Shown: positions 19,276 to 29,868, counted from the first letter of the stretch. The stretch is 64,000 nt of DNA from IMGVR_UViG_3300032236_002285:62001-126000; one strand, 5' to 3'. Notes: a model not told the origin generated them from the letters alone. Numbers and translations: made by a program.

Positions 19276-20061
19276 ATGCCAGAACTAGCAGAAATCAAAA
19301 TAATGTCCGATTATATTAATCATCATAGTAAGGACAGAACATTCAAAAAAATATATCACGTTGAAAAGGGTAACATACCCGTTGACTCAAATCTAATTGA
19401 AAACTTCAAAGTAGAAGCTGTTTCTAATGGTAAAGAGTTAGTTCTAAGGGTCTATCATGATGATGCCGATCTTAAATTCTCAATATTTATGGGTATGTCT
19501 GGTAATTGGCTATTTACGCCAACTGAAAGTTGGTCTGATAGAAAGTTCACCAGAATGAGATTAGATACAACTGATGGTAACTCACTTTTACTTTATGGTC
19601 TTTATATGGGTCCTAAATATCGTTTAGGTGGCTTTACTGGTGTTAAGAGAGGCTTTGATCCAACTAAAGAATTTGATAGCTTCAAAAAAGAAGTTATTTC
19701 TAATTTAGATAAAAAGGTATTTGACAAACCTATCTGTGAGGCTTTATTAGACCAAAAATACTTCAATGGCATCGGTAACTATTTAAGAAGTACAATACTT
19801 TATTACTTAGATGTTAATCCATTTGAACAAGCAAGAAAAGTTATCAAGGATTTTCCTAATGTTTTAGACTTATGTAAGGATATTCCATTAATGGCTTATA
19901 AATTAAATGGTGGTCAGTTAGCTGATTGGAAGAATCCTTTTGATAGTGACTTTGAAGAGTTCAAAAAGTGGGTATTTTATCAAAAAGGCATTTCTTGTAA
20001 GGATAAAACAGGTAGAACTTTTTGGTATAATGAAAAGTGGAAAGATGATTGTCCATACTAA
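19276..20061 (+). CDS. Fpg/Nei-family DNA glycosylase (zinc-finger-less)
   Basis: N-terminal MPE; GKEL; MGMSG; H2TH LLDQKYFNGIGNYLRSTILY. Confidence 0.9.
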   Translation: MPELAEIKIMSDYINHHSKDRTFKKIYHVEKGNIPVDSNLIENFKVEAVSNGKELVLRVYHDDADLKFSIFMGMSGNWLFTPTESWSDRKFTRMRLDTTDGNSLLLYGLYMGPKYRLGGFTGVKRGFDPTKEFDSFKKEVISNLDKKVFDKPICEALLDQKYFNGIGNYLRSTILYYLDVNPFEQARKVIKDFPNVLDLCKDIPLMAYKLNGGQLADWKNPFDSDFEEFKKWVFYQKGISCKDKTGRTFWYNEKWKDDCPY

Positions 20062-20089
20062 AACATATTTACAATAATTAATATAATAA

Positions 20090-20572
20090 TTGATGTTTGA
20101 TAAAAATTTCAATATTATACATGGTGATAGAGTGTCTGGTAGAACTCAGTTTATACTCACTATATCTAGAATTTTCAATGAGTCAGGTGTTAAACTTTTC
20201 TTTTTAGCTTGTGCTGGTGATAATATTGATAGTTCTCCTTTTGACGATTATAGAATAATAAACACATTTGATGAGGTTAATAATCAAAAAGTTATAGAGG
20301 TTATTAAAGAACTAACAGATAAAAAGAAATATAATTTCCTAATTATAGATGATATTGACTATTTACCAAAATCTTGTTTAGATTTATTATCGAATATAGA
20401 TGTAATTAAAATAGCAACTTGTCTAACAGATAATTGTAAAAAATTACCAGAAGAATCAAACTTTTATAATATTAATGATGTTAGTGACTTATCTGATATC
20501 AATGATTTTATAAAGGGTATAATTAGAAATCAAAAAATAAATTCAGTATTAAAAGATGATAAAAGCAGATAA
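20090..20572 (+). CDS. Degenerate P-loop-like protein with C-terminal RNQKINSVL motif
   Basis: GDRVSGRT and FLIIDDID resemble Walker A and B. Confidence 0.5.
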   Translation: MMFDKNFNIIHGDRVSGRTQFILTISRIFNESGVKLFFLACAGDNIDSSPFDDYRIINTFDEVNNQKVIEVIKELTDKKKYNFLIIDDIDYLPKSCLDLLSNIDVIKIATCLTDNCKKLPEESNFYNINDVSDLSDINDFIKGIIRNQKINSVLKDDKSR

Positions 20573-21395
20573 GTATTACATTGACAATCTTAAAAGAATT
20601 GTCTATGGAGATGGTGATGGTACTTGGGATGAAAATCCAAGACCAAAATATGCCGATGGTCAACCTGGTCATAGTAAATTTATAACCCAAGTTTTTGAAG
20701 AATATGATATTTCAAAAGGTGAGTTTCCAATTACTACATTAAGAAACACCGCAATTAAAACCGGTATTAGAGAAGTGCTTTGGATTTATCAAAAACAATC
20801 TAACTCATTAGAAGTTGCTAGAGAAATGGGTATCAATTGGTGGGATGAATGGAATGTTGGTGATGAAACAATTGGTCAAAGATATGGAGCAACGGTTCAA
20901 AGATATGACCTAATGAATAAGTTATTAAAATCGTTAAAGGATGATCCTTTTTCAAGAAGACATATTATGAATATGTATCAAGAGTCAGATATGGCTGAAA
21001 CTAAAGGTTTACATCCTTGTGCTTATGAAACTATGTGGTCTGTTAGAAGAGTTGATGGTGATTTTTATTTAGATTTAACATTAAACCAAAGAAGTAACGA
21101 CTACATTATGGCTGGATATATAAACAAAATTCAGTATGTGGCTTTACAAATGATGGTAGCTTCTCACTTATGTTATAAAGTAGGTAAGTTCTGTCATTTT
21201 GTTCAGAACCTACATGTTTATGATAGACACTTTGAAGCAGCATCTGAGTTGTTAAATAGAACACCATTAGATAAACAACCTATGATTGAATTAACTTCTA
21301 ATAAGTCATTTTATGATTTTATGGTAGATGATTTTAGAATTATAGATACTGATGGTATTAAAAAAATAGAAAGTAAGTTAGAAATAGCTATATAA
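20556..21395 (+). CDS. thyA: Thymidylate synthase
   Basis: PFSRRHI, LHPCAY, NQRSND, NLHVYDRH. Confidence 0.95.
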   Translation: MIKADKYYIDNLKRIVYGDGDGTWDENPRPKYADGQPGHSKFITQVFEEYDISKGEFPITTLRNTAIKTGIREVLWIYQKQSNSLEVAREMGINWWDEWNVGDETIGQRYGATVQRYDLMNKLLKSLKDDPFSRRHIMNMYQESDMAETKGLHPCAYETMWSVRRVDGDFYLDLTLNQRSNDYIMAGYINKIQYVALQMMVASHLCYKVGKFCHFVQNLHVYDRHFEAASELLNRTPLDKQPMIELTSNKSFYDFMVDDFRIIDTDGIKKIESKLEIAI

Positions 21396-21409
21396 AAATA
21401 TTTATAAAA

Positions 21410-21883
21410 ATGGGAAGATATGATAATTTAGTTAGTCAGATTCAAAGTATAGAAGTTGAACAGATTAAAGACTGGGATTCTAATACTGATCCGGCTATGA
21501 AAATAGTAGAAGAACAAAAAGTCTATATTTGGATGAGGCTTTATCTAAAAGAAGAATCTAATGTTGAAATTGGTGATGATATTATGATGACTTATACACC
21601 AAGTGGTGAGAAGTTGGAAACTAAGTTTATTTGTTACGGTAAAACTGATATGGGTAAGGATCATGATGATGAGATTATTAACTATAATCCAGAAGATGAT
21701 AAAAAAGTTCTTTGTTTAATGGTGGATCAAGAAAAGATTAATAAAGGAACTGATATACCATTTATTAGAACTTTATTTAAGAATTGCGCACACTATCAAG
21801 AACAATTATTTAAAAGAAGTGAATTACTATTCATGAATAACAGAACTGGTGAGAGTTTAGAATATTTTGATTGTGATTATTAA
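21410..21883 (+). CDS. Hypothetical protein
   Basis: 157-aa ORF. Confidence 0.7.
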   Translation: MGRYDNLVSQIQSIEVEQIKDWDSNTDPAMKIVEEQKVYIWMRLYLKEESNVEIGDDIMMTYTPSGEKLETKFICYGKTDMGKDHDDEIINYNPEDDKKVLCLMVDQEKINKGTDIPFIRTLFKNCAHYQEQLFKRSELLFMNNRTGESLEYFDCDY

Positions 21884-21943
21884 AAAGTAAAAAAGTGATT
21901 TTTATAATATAATATATACATTATAAAAATTAACAGATCTAAT

Positions 21944-22465
21944 ATGAGATATTTAAAAACTTATGAATCATTTCAAGTAAATGAAGAATTGTTTGGTGGT
22001 GCTAAATTACCTTCAAGAGAAGAATTGAAAAAACTAATGGATGAGGCTAGAAATAAACCAGAGTATAAACAAGCTTTTGCTAATTTAGATTCTGAGTTGA
22101 GTAAACTATCACCTGAAGCTAAGGCTGATTTAAAAGAACTTTCAACTAAAAGTCCTGAAGAAATTAAACAAGAACTTCCTGATTCAGTAGAAAAAGAAAT
22201 GACAAACGAAAGTCTTATTCTTGAAGAAATAGATTGGAAAAATATTGCTTCTAAATTCTTTAAGGGTTTAGGTATCTTAACCGTATCTAGTGGATTGATA
22301 TCATCTATAATCGCTGTAATTAAAATGAGTATTACAGGTTCTGGTTATTCTGAATTATTTGGATCACAAGCAGGTCACGTTGCTGGTATGGGAATGGTTA
22401 CTATGTTATGTGCCCTTATTCCAATGGCAATCTCTATCTTATTAGAACCTAAAGAAGCACGTTAA
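21944..22465 (+). CDS. CTS-like N-terminus plus two transmembrane segments
   Basis: MRYLKTYESFQVNEE; hydrophobic C-terminal helices; TAATATATA upstream. Confidence 0.7.
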   Translation: MRYLKTYESFQVNEELFGGAKLPSREELKKLMDEARNKPEYKQAFANLDSELSKLSPEAKADLKELSTKSPEEIKQELPDSVEKEMTNESLILEEIDWKNIASKFFKGLGILTVSSGLISSIIAVIKMSITGSGYSELFGSQAGHVAGMGMVTMLCALIPMAISILLEPKEAR

Positions 22466-22486
22466 TTTTAATTAATTTAATATAAT

Positions 22487-22519
22487 AAAAAAGAGTGAGA
22501 ATTAATTCTCACTCTTTTC
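22487..22519. terminator. Bidirectional terminator
   Basis: aaaagagtgagaa-tta-attctcactctttt. Confidence 0.85.
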
Positions 22520-22732
22520 TTTTTGTTCTTTGTAGTATTGCTTAGCTAATTCATCTAATCCACTCATTTTTAATGAGAAATTAGAAGTAAAGTAAGCAAT
22601 TACTAAAGCAAAGATATCAAATAAAGGATTTGCCATATCAGCTTTAAATCCAGCTAATAAAAAAATACCAAAAGTTATTGCGATTCCACAGATGTGAAAC
22701 ATTGCTTTGTAGTTGTTGAAGAAAAATTTCAT
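22502..22732 (-). CDS. Small membrane protein
   Basis: Two hydrophobic segments; host-type promoter upstream. Confidence 0.7.
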   Translation of the reverse strand: MKFFFNNYKAMFHICGIAITFGIFLLAGFKADMANPLFDIFALVIAYFTSNFSLKMSGLDELAKQYYKEQKEKSEN

Positions 22733-22767
22733 AATTGTAGTGATTATTTTGTTTATTTATTACTCAA

Positions 22768-22798
22768 CAAAGATATGACATTTTATTTAAAATACAAA
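22768..22798 (-). promoter_or_regulatory. Bacteroidota sigma-70-type promoter
   Basis: Minus strand TTTG-N19-TATCTTTG. Confidence 0.7.
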
Positions 22799-22858
22799 AT
22801 AAAATAACTTTTTTATAAAAATATTCTATAATTAGAGTAAAAATATAAAAATGATGAA

Positions 22859-24385
22859 ATGTTAATTGAAACACAATATTTAACAAATAGTAAGAAATTA
22901 GTAGTTAGTTACGTTGATAAAAGTGGTGATATAAAGCTTAAATATTATAATTGGGACAATCCAATGAAATATGTTGCTTGTGAAGACAGCGATCCACTTA
23001 GACACCCTGAGTTTAAATCTTGGGATGGTAAACACGTTAAGCAAGTAGAAGTAAATCAACCTGATAGATATGCTATCTATGAATTTTTAGATGGCTTGCC
23101 TGAATCAGAAAAAAATGAAATCTTTGAATTTAATCTTCCTAAGATTTACTTTATAGATATTGAAACTGAAATCGTTGATGGTTTCCCTGAAGCAGCTGAT
23201 GTTAAAGATGTTAATGGTAATGTAACTAAAGAAGGTGCTTCAACACAAGTTCTTTCTATCTCTATTGTTTATGATGATAAAATCATTCTTCTTGGTTTGA
23301 AAGAAATGCCAGAGGAAATGCAAGATAGAATTATCACTAATACTAATAAATACTTTGAAAAGTTTGGCACTGAGTATAAATTCAAATATATCAAATATGA
23401 TGATGAATTTGATATGTTGTATGCTTTCTTTTATAAGATGATTCCTAAGATGCCTATCTTAACTGGTTGGAACTTCTTAAAATATGACTGGTTATATTTA
23501 GTAAATCGTTCAAGAAAAATTTCAAAATGGGCTAATGGTAAAGAATATAAAATTGACCCAGCTGTTTCTTCTTTAACAAAAAGAATGAACAAGATTTGGT
23601 CAACTGAATTTGAAGTACCGGCACATCGAATGATTTTTGACTATATGCAGTTGTATGAAATCTGTGATACTTCTATTAAAGTAAAAGAATCATCATCATT
23701 AGACTTCGTTGCTAATAAACTGGTGGGTGTTGAAAAGATTAAGTATAATGGATCTTTACAGAAATTATATGAAGATGACTTTGAAACATTTATGTACTAT
23801 AACGCTGTCGATAGTGTACTTGTTCAAAAAATACATGATGCTCGTAACTATATCTCAATCATTTACGCGATTTCATCATTAGCTCAAATCAGAATTATTG
23901 ACGTTGTTTCTCAGATGAATAATGCGTTAGGTTCTTTGGCTATTACAGAAGGTGTTTTAAGAAATAGATTCCGTAAGATGGATAACATTGTTCTTTTCCG
24001 AGATGAGAAAGGAGATGCTGAATCTACAATTGCTGGTGGTTGGGTTAAGGATCCTGTAGTTGGTATGAATCAGTGGTGTGTGACCTATGACTTTGCGTCA
24101 CTTTATCCAACAACTCAAAGACAATTTTACATTGCACCAGAAACATTTGTTGGTCTTCAAGATGAAAAAGATAAATCTAAGTGTACAAATGGTAGACCAA
24201 TTGATTTAACTAAGCACGTTCTTTGTGTGAATGGTGTTGTATTTGAAAAGAGAAAATCGCCTACTTTGCTTATGCTCGAAGATGTTTATGCTGATAGAAA
24301 GAAAGCTAAGAAAGTGATGATGGATAAGAAAGAAGATTTGAAAAAAATAATGGATGAGATTAAACAATTAGAAGCAGAAATATAA
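22859..24385 (+). CDS. DNA polymerase family B, N-terminal subunit (exonuclease plus motif A); split gene
   Basis: FIDIETE, GWNFLKYD, YNAVDS exonuclease motifs; GGWV and YDFASLYP; ends in the fingers with no KxxxNSxYG or YxDTDS. Confidence 0.9.
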   Translation: MLIETQYLTNSKKLVVSYVDKSGDIKLKYYNWDNPMKYVACEDSDPLRHPEFKSWDGKHVKQVEVNQPDRYAIYEFLDGLPESEKNEIFEFNLPKIYFIDIETEIVDGFPEAADVKDVNGNVTKEGASTQVLSISIVYDDKIILLGLKEMPEEMQDRIITNTNKYFEKFGTEYKFKYIKYDDEFDMLYAFFYKMIPKMPILTGWNFLKYDWLYLVNRSRKISKWANGKEYKIDPAVSSLTKRMNKIWSTEFEVPAHRMIFDYMQLYEICDTSIKVKESSSLDFVANKLVGVEKIKYNGSLQKLYEDDFETFMYYNAVDSVLVQKIHDARNYISIIYAISSLAQIRIIDVVSQMNNALGSLAITEGVLRNRFRKMDNIVLFRDEKGDAESTIAGGWVKDPVVGMNQWCVTYDFASLYPTTQRQFYIAPETFVGLQDEKDKSKCTNGRPIDLTKHVLCVNGVVFEKRKSPTLLMLEDVYADRKKAKKVMMDKKEDLKKIMDEIKQLEAEI

Positions 24386-24396
24386 TTTCTGCTTTT

Positions 24397-25053
24397 TTAT
24401 TTTACTCTAATAGTTGTAAAATCCAAGTTAGGTAGTTTTTCCTTAACTACTTTAGTAGCTTTTTTGATATATTTAGCGTTGTCATCGTAAAATATAGCTT
24501 TAGTAAACCCTGTTTCATTTATTAACTCAACTATCTTTTCGCCTTTCCAAGTTCCTAGGTTTTTAGCACCGGTTGGGGCCATATGTAAACCGTACTTTGG
24601 AAGTTTTAGACCAAGTTGTTCTAATCTACTAACAATTTTGTTTCTGATAGATTCATCTCTAGCTGTAATTATACATTTGTTTTCAACTGATTTGTATAAA
24701 TCAGATATTTCTGTTTTAAGAGATTTTGGTAAACTAATATCAGCTGTGTGAAAAGAATTTGGTGAGAATAGATATAATCTATCACCTTTTCTAATCCAAT
24801 TAGCATATTCTTTATATTTGTGTTCTGGATCTAAAATATAGATTTTACCATCTTGCCATTTTAAATCTTTTAATGAGACACCTATTCTATTAACTGATTG
24901 ATTTAATAAATCTTTGATTGTTATATCTTCTTTTAAATATTCTATTGCTAAATCTTCAAAGCTTGGGGAATTTACAAGCGTGTCATCAAAGTCAAAAATG
25001 TAAAATACATTCTCACTTGTAAAATCATTGTAGTTTTTAATCTTCATATTCAA
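24397..25053 (-). CDS. HAD-superfamily hydrolase with CTS-like N-terminus
   Basis: FDFDDTLV, IITAR, FYDD. Confidence 0.75.
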   Translation of the reverse strand: MNMKIKNYNDFTSENVFYIFDFDDTLVNSPSFEDLAIEYLKEDITIKDLLNQSVNRIGVSLKDLKWQDGKIYILDPEHKYKEYANWIRKGDRLYLFSPNSFHTADISLPKSLKTEISDLYKSVENKCIITARDESIRNKIVSRLEQLGLKLPKYGLHMAPTGAKNLGTWKGEKIVELINETGFTKAIFYDDNAKYIKKATKVVKEKLPNLDFTTIRVK

Positions 25054-25222
25054 AAAATATATCTATAATATCTTTAAACTCTTCACCAAAGTGTTTAAGA
25101 CATAGACTATATATTTCTTCCTTCAACTCATATCCTTGTAAAAGTAGTTGCCCTACATAATTTTCTACATCATCCGTAGATGTGTATATGTTGAATTCGT
25201 CATAGTCTGGTATCATTAGCAT
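25037..25222 (-). CDS. Small acidic hypothetical protein
   Basis: TAATATATA upstream; overlaps the next gene. Confidence 0.6.
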   Translation of the reverse strand: MLMIPDYDEFNIYTSTDDVENYVGQLLLQGYELKEEIYSLCLKHFGEEFKDIIDIFFEYED

Positions 25223-25333
25223 AAAAAGAGAATATATTTTAGTGTATATATTACCAAAAACCTTTGAAAAATTGATTTTTTCAAACTATTTTTGAAAAAT
25301 TAATATAATTTTTACAAAAAAGATCTAAGAAGT

Positions 25334-27001
25334 ATGTCGTTGAAGAAAGACCTTGCTAAATACAAGCCCAGAACAGAACAAAGAGAAGCGTTAAATTTTA
25401 TTGAATCAGAATATCAAAAGAATAAATTAAATAAATTTTTCTTATTAAATCTTCCAGTTGGTTCTGGAAAAAGCCATTTAGCATTAATGATTGCTGATTG
25501 GTATAAAAAGAATGTTAATAAATTAGCTAAAGTTGACATTATTACAAATAGCAAGATTTTACAGGATCAGTACTCTGGTACTTATGAATCTATTTCCGAT
25601 CTTAAAGGTAAAGAAAACTATGAGTGTGAATCTTATGCTTGTTCTTGTGCTCAAGGGTCTGAATTTAATCGTTTGAATAAAACATCTTGTGAATCTTGTC
25701 CTTATACTTTTGCTAAAGAGTCTTTTATTAGTGGTAATATATCATTAACCAATTTTTACTTATACATACTTTATGCCATCTATAATCCTAAGTTATTAGA
25801 AAGTAGAGATTCAAGAGTTCTTATTGTTGATGAGGCTCATGAGTTTGATGATGTTATGTCTGACTTTATAACTATTAAAATAACTGAAAACATAATTAAA
25901 AGATTCAAGTTTGGTGGTGAATATGATATATTAAAAAAACTTAAAGATGTCACCACAATTAATCAATATGTTGAGTTTTTAAGATATTTAAATGGTGAAG
26001 TTGTTCAAACTCTTGACTCTATGGAAAAAGGAATGTCAAAGACACCAAGAAATGTAAAGCAAGATAAAAGAGATTTAAAAATCAATAAACTTATTGGTGG
26101 TAAAAACTCTGATGTTAAGATGATGCAATTGGCAACTGATTTAAGACAACTTCAATTAAAAATTGAAATTTTCTTAAAAGAGTATAAAGAAAATCCTAAC
26201 AATTGGGTTTTAGAAACATACTATAATGAAAAAGTAAAGCAAAAAGAATTATCACTTGAACCAATTTGGGCATATGATTACTTAGATAAGTATGTTTTTA
26301 GTAACTATGATATGGTTATTTTAATGTCAGGTACTATTCTTGATAAGAATCTATTTTGTCAATTAAATGGCTTGGATGTAACTAAAGCTGTTTATTATTC
26401 AATTCGTTCACCTTTCTCGGTTAAGAATAGACCGATTTATTATATGCCTTTAGGTAAGATGTCTTATAAATCTAAAGAAGAAACTTTTAAGAAGTATGTT
26501 CCTTATATTAAGAAGTTACTTGAGAAGTATAAGAATAAAAAAGGCATTATACATACTAACTCTTTTGAATTGGCTAAATGGATTGAACAATCAATTCAAG
26601 ATCCAAGATTGATATTTCATGATTCTTCTAACAAAGATGAGATGTTAAGGCTTCATAAAGAATCAGAAGAGCCAACGGTTATTGTTAGTCCTTCTATGGA
26701 TACTGGCGTTTCTTTTGACAATGATGATGCTCGTTTTCAAATTATTGCTAAAGTTCCTTATCCATCTTTAGGTTCTCAAAAGAATAAGTTAAGACAATCA
26801 AATAATCCTGATTGGTACTCATGGAAAACGGTTGCTGGTTTAGTTCAGATGACTGGTAGACCGGTTCGTTCAGAGATTGATTATGCTGACACTATCATAT
26901 TAGATGGTTCATTTGGTGATGTTATTAAACATAGTTCACACTTTATACCTGATTGGATTCAAGAGGCTATAAAAAAGATTAATATTAATACTACTGCATA
27001 A
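25334..27001 (+). CDS. DinG/XPD-like SF2 helicase
   Basis: PVGSGKS, DEAH, MSGT, SPSMDTGVSF, QMTGRPVR; Cys cluster CESYACSC...CESCPY. Confidence 0.85.
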   Translation: MSLKKDLAKYKPRTEQREALNFIESEYQKNKLNKFFLLNLPVGSGKSHLALMIADWYKKNVNKLAKVDIITNSKILQDQYSGTYESISDLKGKENYECESYACSCAQGSEFNRLNKTSCESCPYTFAKESFISGNISLTNFYLYILYAIYNPKLLESRDSRVLIVDEAHEFDDVMSDFITIKITENIIKRFKFGGEYDILKKLKDVTTINQYVEFLRYLNGEVVQTLDSMEKGMSKTPRNVKQDKRDLKINKLIGGKNSDVKMMQLATDLRQLQLKIEIFLKEYKENPNNWVLETYYNEKVKQKELSLEPIWAYDYLDKYVFSNYDMVILMSGTILDKNLFCQLNGLDVTKAVYYSIRSPFSVKNRPIYYMPLGKMSYKSKEETFKKYVPYIKKLLEKYKNKKGIIHTNSFELAKWIEQSIQDPRLIFHDSSNKDEMLRLHKESEEPTVIVSPSMDTGVSFDNDDARFQIIAKVPYPSLGSQKNKLRQSNNPDWYSWKTVAGLVQMTGRPVRSEIDYADTIILDGSFGDVIKHSSHFIPDWIQEAIKKININTTA

Positions 27002-27028
27002 AAAAACCCACCAAATTGGTGGGTTTTT
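27001..27028. terminator. Bidirectional terminator
   Basis: aaaaaacccacc-aaatt-ggtgggttttt. Confidence 0.85.
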
Positions 27029-27046
27029 ATTTTATATTAATTTTAA

Positions 27047-27562
27047 TTATTTCTTTTTCTTTGCTTCAATTGCTTTTCTTAAACCTTCTGGTAATTTCTT
27101 TTGTGCTGCAGTTAAACCTTTTCCTTTAGATTCTTCTTTTTTGCCTTCTTTTTCTTTAGCTTCTTTAGCTGCTTTTTTCATAGGCTCTTTTTTATCACCA
27201 TCTTTGTCTAAATCTAAGAAGTCAGGTTTAGCTTTTTTGCCACCTTTTTCTTCTTTCTTTTTTCCAGCTTTTTTATCTAAGTAAGCTTGAAAACCAGCGT
27301 TGATTTTTTTCTTCTCAACTACTTCGTCACCCCAAACTTTACCTTTTTCTTCTTCTCTTTCTTCTTCGTAAGTTTCATCTTCATGACCTTCTTCTTCGTC
27401 ATCATCTTCTTCGTGATGATGTTTGTATTCATCTTCTTGCATGTCTTCATCCTCGTCAAACGCTTGTTCGTTTTCTTCAGGGCTAATCATAGACATTTTA
27501 TTTTCTTCTTCATCAGAGAATCTACCAAGGTCGAAGTTTTCGAATTTTTTTAAGTATTTCAT
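27047..27562 (-). CDS. Highly charged CTS-like protein (possible prohead core/internal protein)
   Basis: Start revised to MKYLKKFENF; acidic then basic halves; KPDFLDLDKDGDKKEPMKKAA. Confidence 0.7.
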   Translation of the reverse strand: MKYLKKFENFDLGRFSDEEENKMSMISPEENEQAFDEDEDMQEDEYKHHHEEDDDEEEGHEDETYEEEREEEKGKVWGDEVVEKKKINAGFQAYLDKKAGKKKEEKGGKKAKPDFLDLDKDGDKKEPMKKAAKEAKEKEGKKEESKGKGLTAAQKKLPEGLRKAIEAKKKK

Positions 27563-27691
27563 TTTAGCACAATAATTTTTTATAACATATATATTAATTG
27601 TAAAAGTCGGAATCTTATATTTTTTAGTTGTTTTGAAAAATATTTTTAATATTAATAAAAATGATAGTTTATAAAATAATATATACCTAAT

Positions 27692-28477
27692 ATGAATATT
27701 CAAAGATTTAGTGATTATAATTTACAATATGAAATGGCTGATGAATTCTTAAAATCATTTGATAGAATGGTTAAAGAATCTGAAGGTGGTTCATTTAAAA
27801 GAGTCGCTAAAAAAGTATTGTCTGACTTAAAACTTAATACTAGCCTTGTTTTAACTTTTGGTGCTGGTATTGGTGCTTGTTATCCAGTTGTTGAGAGTTT
27901 AATGAAAAATATGGGAATCGATTCTTTTAATTTATCTGAAGAATCTATAGTTCTTTTAACTATTTGTGCCCTTACTATAATTTATTTAGAAGAAAAGAAG
28001 TTCAAATCCTCTAAAGAAGAAGTACAATTAACTAAAGATTCTAAATCTATGTTAGAAGAATTAAAATTGAGAGGTTTTGGAAATGGGATTGTTAAAAAAC
28101 TTATTCAAGGTTTAAAATCAATCAAAAACATATTTTCAATAATTGGAAAACATCTTGGTGCTGTTGTTGGAGGTGTTATTGATATGTTTGCTTATACATC
28201 ACTTTTAATACCTATATTAAATGGTGTTATGGCTGTTATACATAAATATAATTTGAATATGGAAAGCCTGCCTCAAAATTTCTTAGGTTTAGCAACCGGT
28301 GTTGGTACAATTATAGCTAAGCACGGAATTGTTGAAATTATTAGCAGACTTAAAAGTAAATTTACTATCAATCAAAAAGAAGTTTTAGACGAAATAGAAA
28401 CGCCAGTTATTCAGAAATTTGCAACATTTGGTGATTCTGAGAAGAAACAATCAGGGGATTTAATCAAGGAGCAGTAA
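27692..28477 (+). CDS. Hypothetical membrane protein with CTS-like N-terminus
   Basis: MNIQRFSDY; several hydrophobic segments. Confidence 0.7.
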   Translation: MNIQRFSDYNLQYEMADEFLKSFDRMVKESEGGSFKRVAKKVLSDLKLNTSLVLTFGAGIGACYPVVESLMKNMGIDSFNLSEESIVLLTICALTIIYLEEKKFKSSKEEVQLTKDSKSMLEELKLRGFGNGIVKKLIQGLKSIKNIFSIIGKHLGAVVGGVIDMFAYTSLLIPILNGVMAVIHKYNLNMESLPQNFLGLATGVGTIIAKHGIVEIISRLKSKFTINQKEVLDEIETPVIQKFATFGDSEKKQSGDLIKEQ

Positions 28478-28533
28478 GTTAATTTTAAACTTAGTTCTAT
28501 CATTTGATATAATATAAAAATGAAAATGGTTAA

Positions 28534-29868
28534 ATGACTCCACAACTAGAAAAGGTATTTTTTAATTTTATACTCAAGAACAAGAAGTACTTTGATATTG
28601 TAAAGCCTTACTTTTTTAGAAACTCTGAAATCCAATTTGTATATGGTGTTATTCGTGAGTACATGATTAAAGGTAACGATACTCAAACTCCGACACCCCG
28701 TCAGATTTTGGATATGGTTTCTTTAGAAGATAAAGAAGGCATTATTACAAAGGAGATACTTAAATCTATTTTACAGATTGATCTTAAAGAATATGATGAG
28801 AAAAACTTTATCGAACCTAAGTTTAATGCTTGGGTGCTTTCTAATAGATTAAAAACTGGTACCGTAGATATTATAGATGAAACAAGAAATCTTGACTCTA
28901 TATCTGATTTTGAAAAGGCTATTGAAGCCGCTGATAGAATTAGAAGTATAGTTGATGAGATGTCATCTACCAATTTCGTACAAGATGATGATATGGGTTC
29001 TGACTTTGATGACCCAGAAAATCACGTTCAAGACTCCTCTAAATTTAAAGTAAAATGTGGATTTGAATCTATTGACCATATGTTAGGTGGTGGATGGGAT
29101 ATTTCAACTCTTAATGTTGTAATGGCTGAAACTAATAATGGTAAGTCATTATGGATGCAGAATTTTGCTTTTAAGGCGGCTGATATGGGTAATAACGTTC
29201 TTTATATAACACTTGAAATGAGTGAAAGAAAAGTTATGAAAAGGATTGGTGCTATGCGTTTGAGAATTCCTATTAATGATTATGATGTCATGTCAAAAGA
29301 CACTGAAATGATTAAGAAGAAAATTCAAGGTCTTAGTAAACCAGATGGTGGTGGTACTGACTTATTTGAAAGAAAAGTTGGTAAAATCTACACTAAGTTT
29401 TGGGCGGCTGGTACAGCAACGGTAAATGATTTTGATAATTATATCCAAAAGCTAAAAGAAAAAAAGGATATTAAAATCGATTTAGTTATTGTTGACTATA
29501 TCACTCTTGTAACAGCTGGTAAAGTTGCTGCCGCTGATAACCTTTACACAAAAGGTAAATTTTTAGCAGAAGCTCTAAGAGCTTTGGGTGCTAAATATAA
29601 AGTTCCGGTCATTACCGGTGTTCAAGTAGCTAAGGATGCTTGGAACTCAGCTGATATTACATTAGAAAGTGTTCCAGAATCTAAAGCAATAGCTGAAACT
29701 GCTGACACATTTTTTGCTATAATAAGAACAGAGGAAATGAAAAGACAAAATATTTATAGATTCAAACTATTAAAACAAAGAGATGGTGACTTCTTAAAAT
29801 CACAAATCAGATTAAGTTTGAATCCTATTTATTTGACTCTTGAAAATGACCAGTTTATAGACCAATAA
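28534..29868 (+). CDS. gp41: DnaB-like replicative helicase (T4 gp41-like)
   Basis: MAETNNGKS, YITLEMSE, VIVDYI, ESKAIAETAD, KQR. Confidence 0.9.
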   Translation: MTPQLEKVFFNFILKNKKYFDIVKPYFFRNSEIQFVYGVIREYMIKGNDTQTPTPRQILDMVSLEDKEGIITKEILKSILQIDLKEYDEKNFIEPKFNAWVLSNRLKTGTVDIIDETRNLDSISDFEKAIEAADRIRSIVDEMSSTNFVQDDDMGSDFDDPENHVQDSSKFKVKCGFESIDHMLGGGWDISTLNVVMAETNNGKSLWMQNFAFKAADMGNNVLYITLEMSERKVMKRIGAMRLRIPINDYDVMSKDTEMIKKKIQGLSKPDGGGTDLFERKVGKIYTKFWAAGTATVNDFDNYIQKLKEKKDIKIDLVIVDYITLVTAGKVAAADNLYTKGKFLAEALRALGAKYKVPVITGVQVAKDAWNSADITLESVPESKAIAETADTFFAIIRTEEMKRQNIYRFKLLKQRDGDFLKSQIRLSLNPIYLTLENDQFIDQ

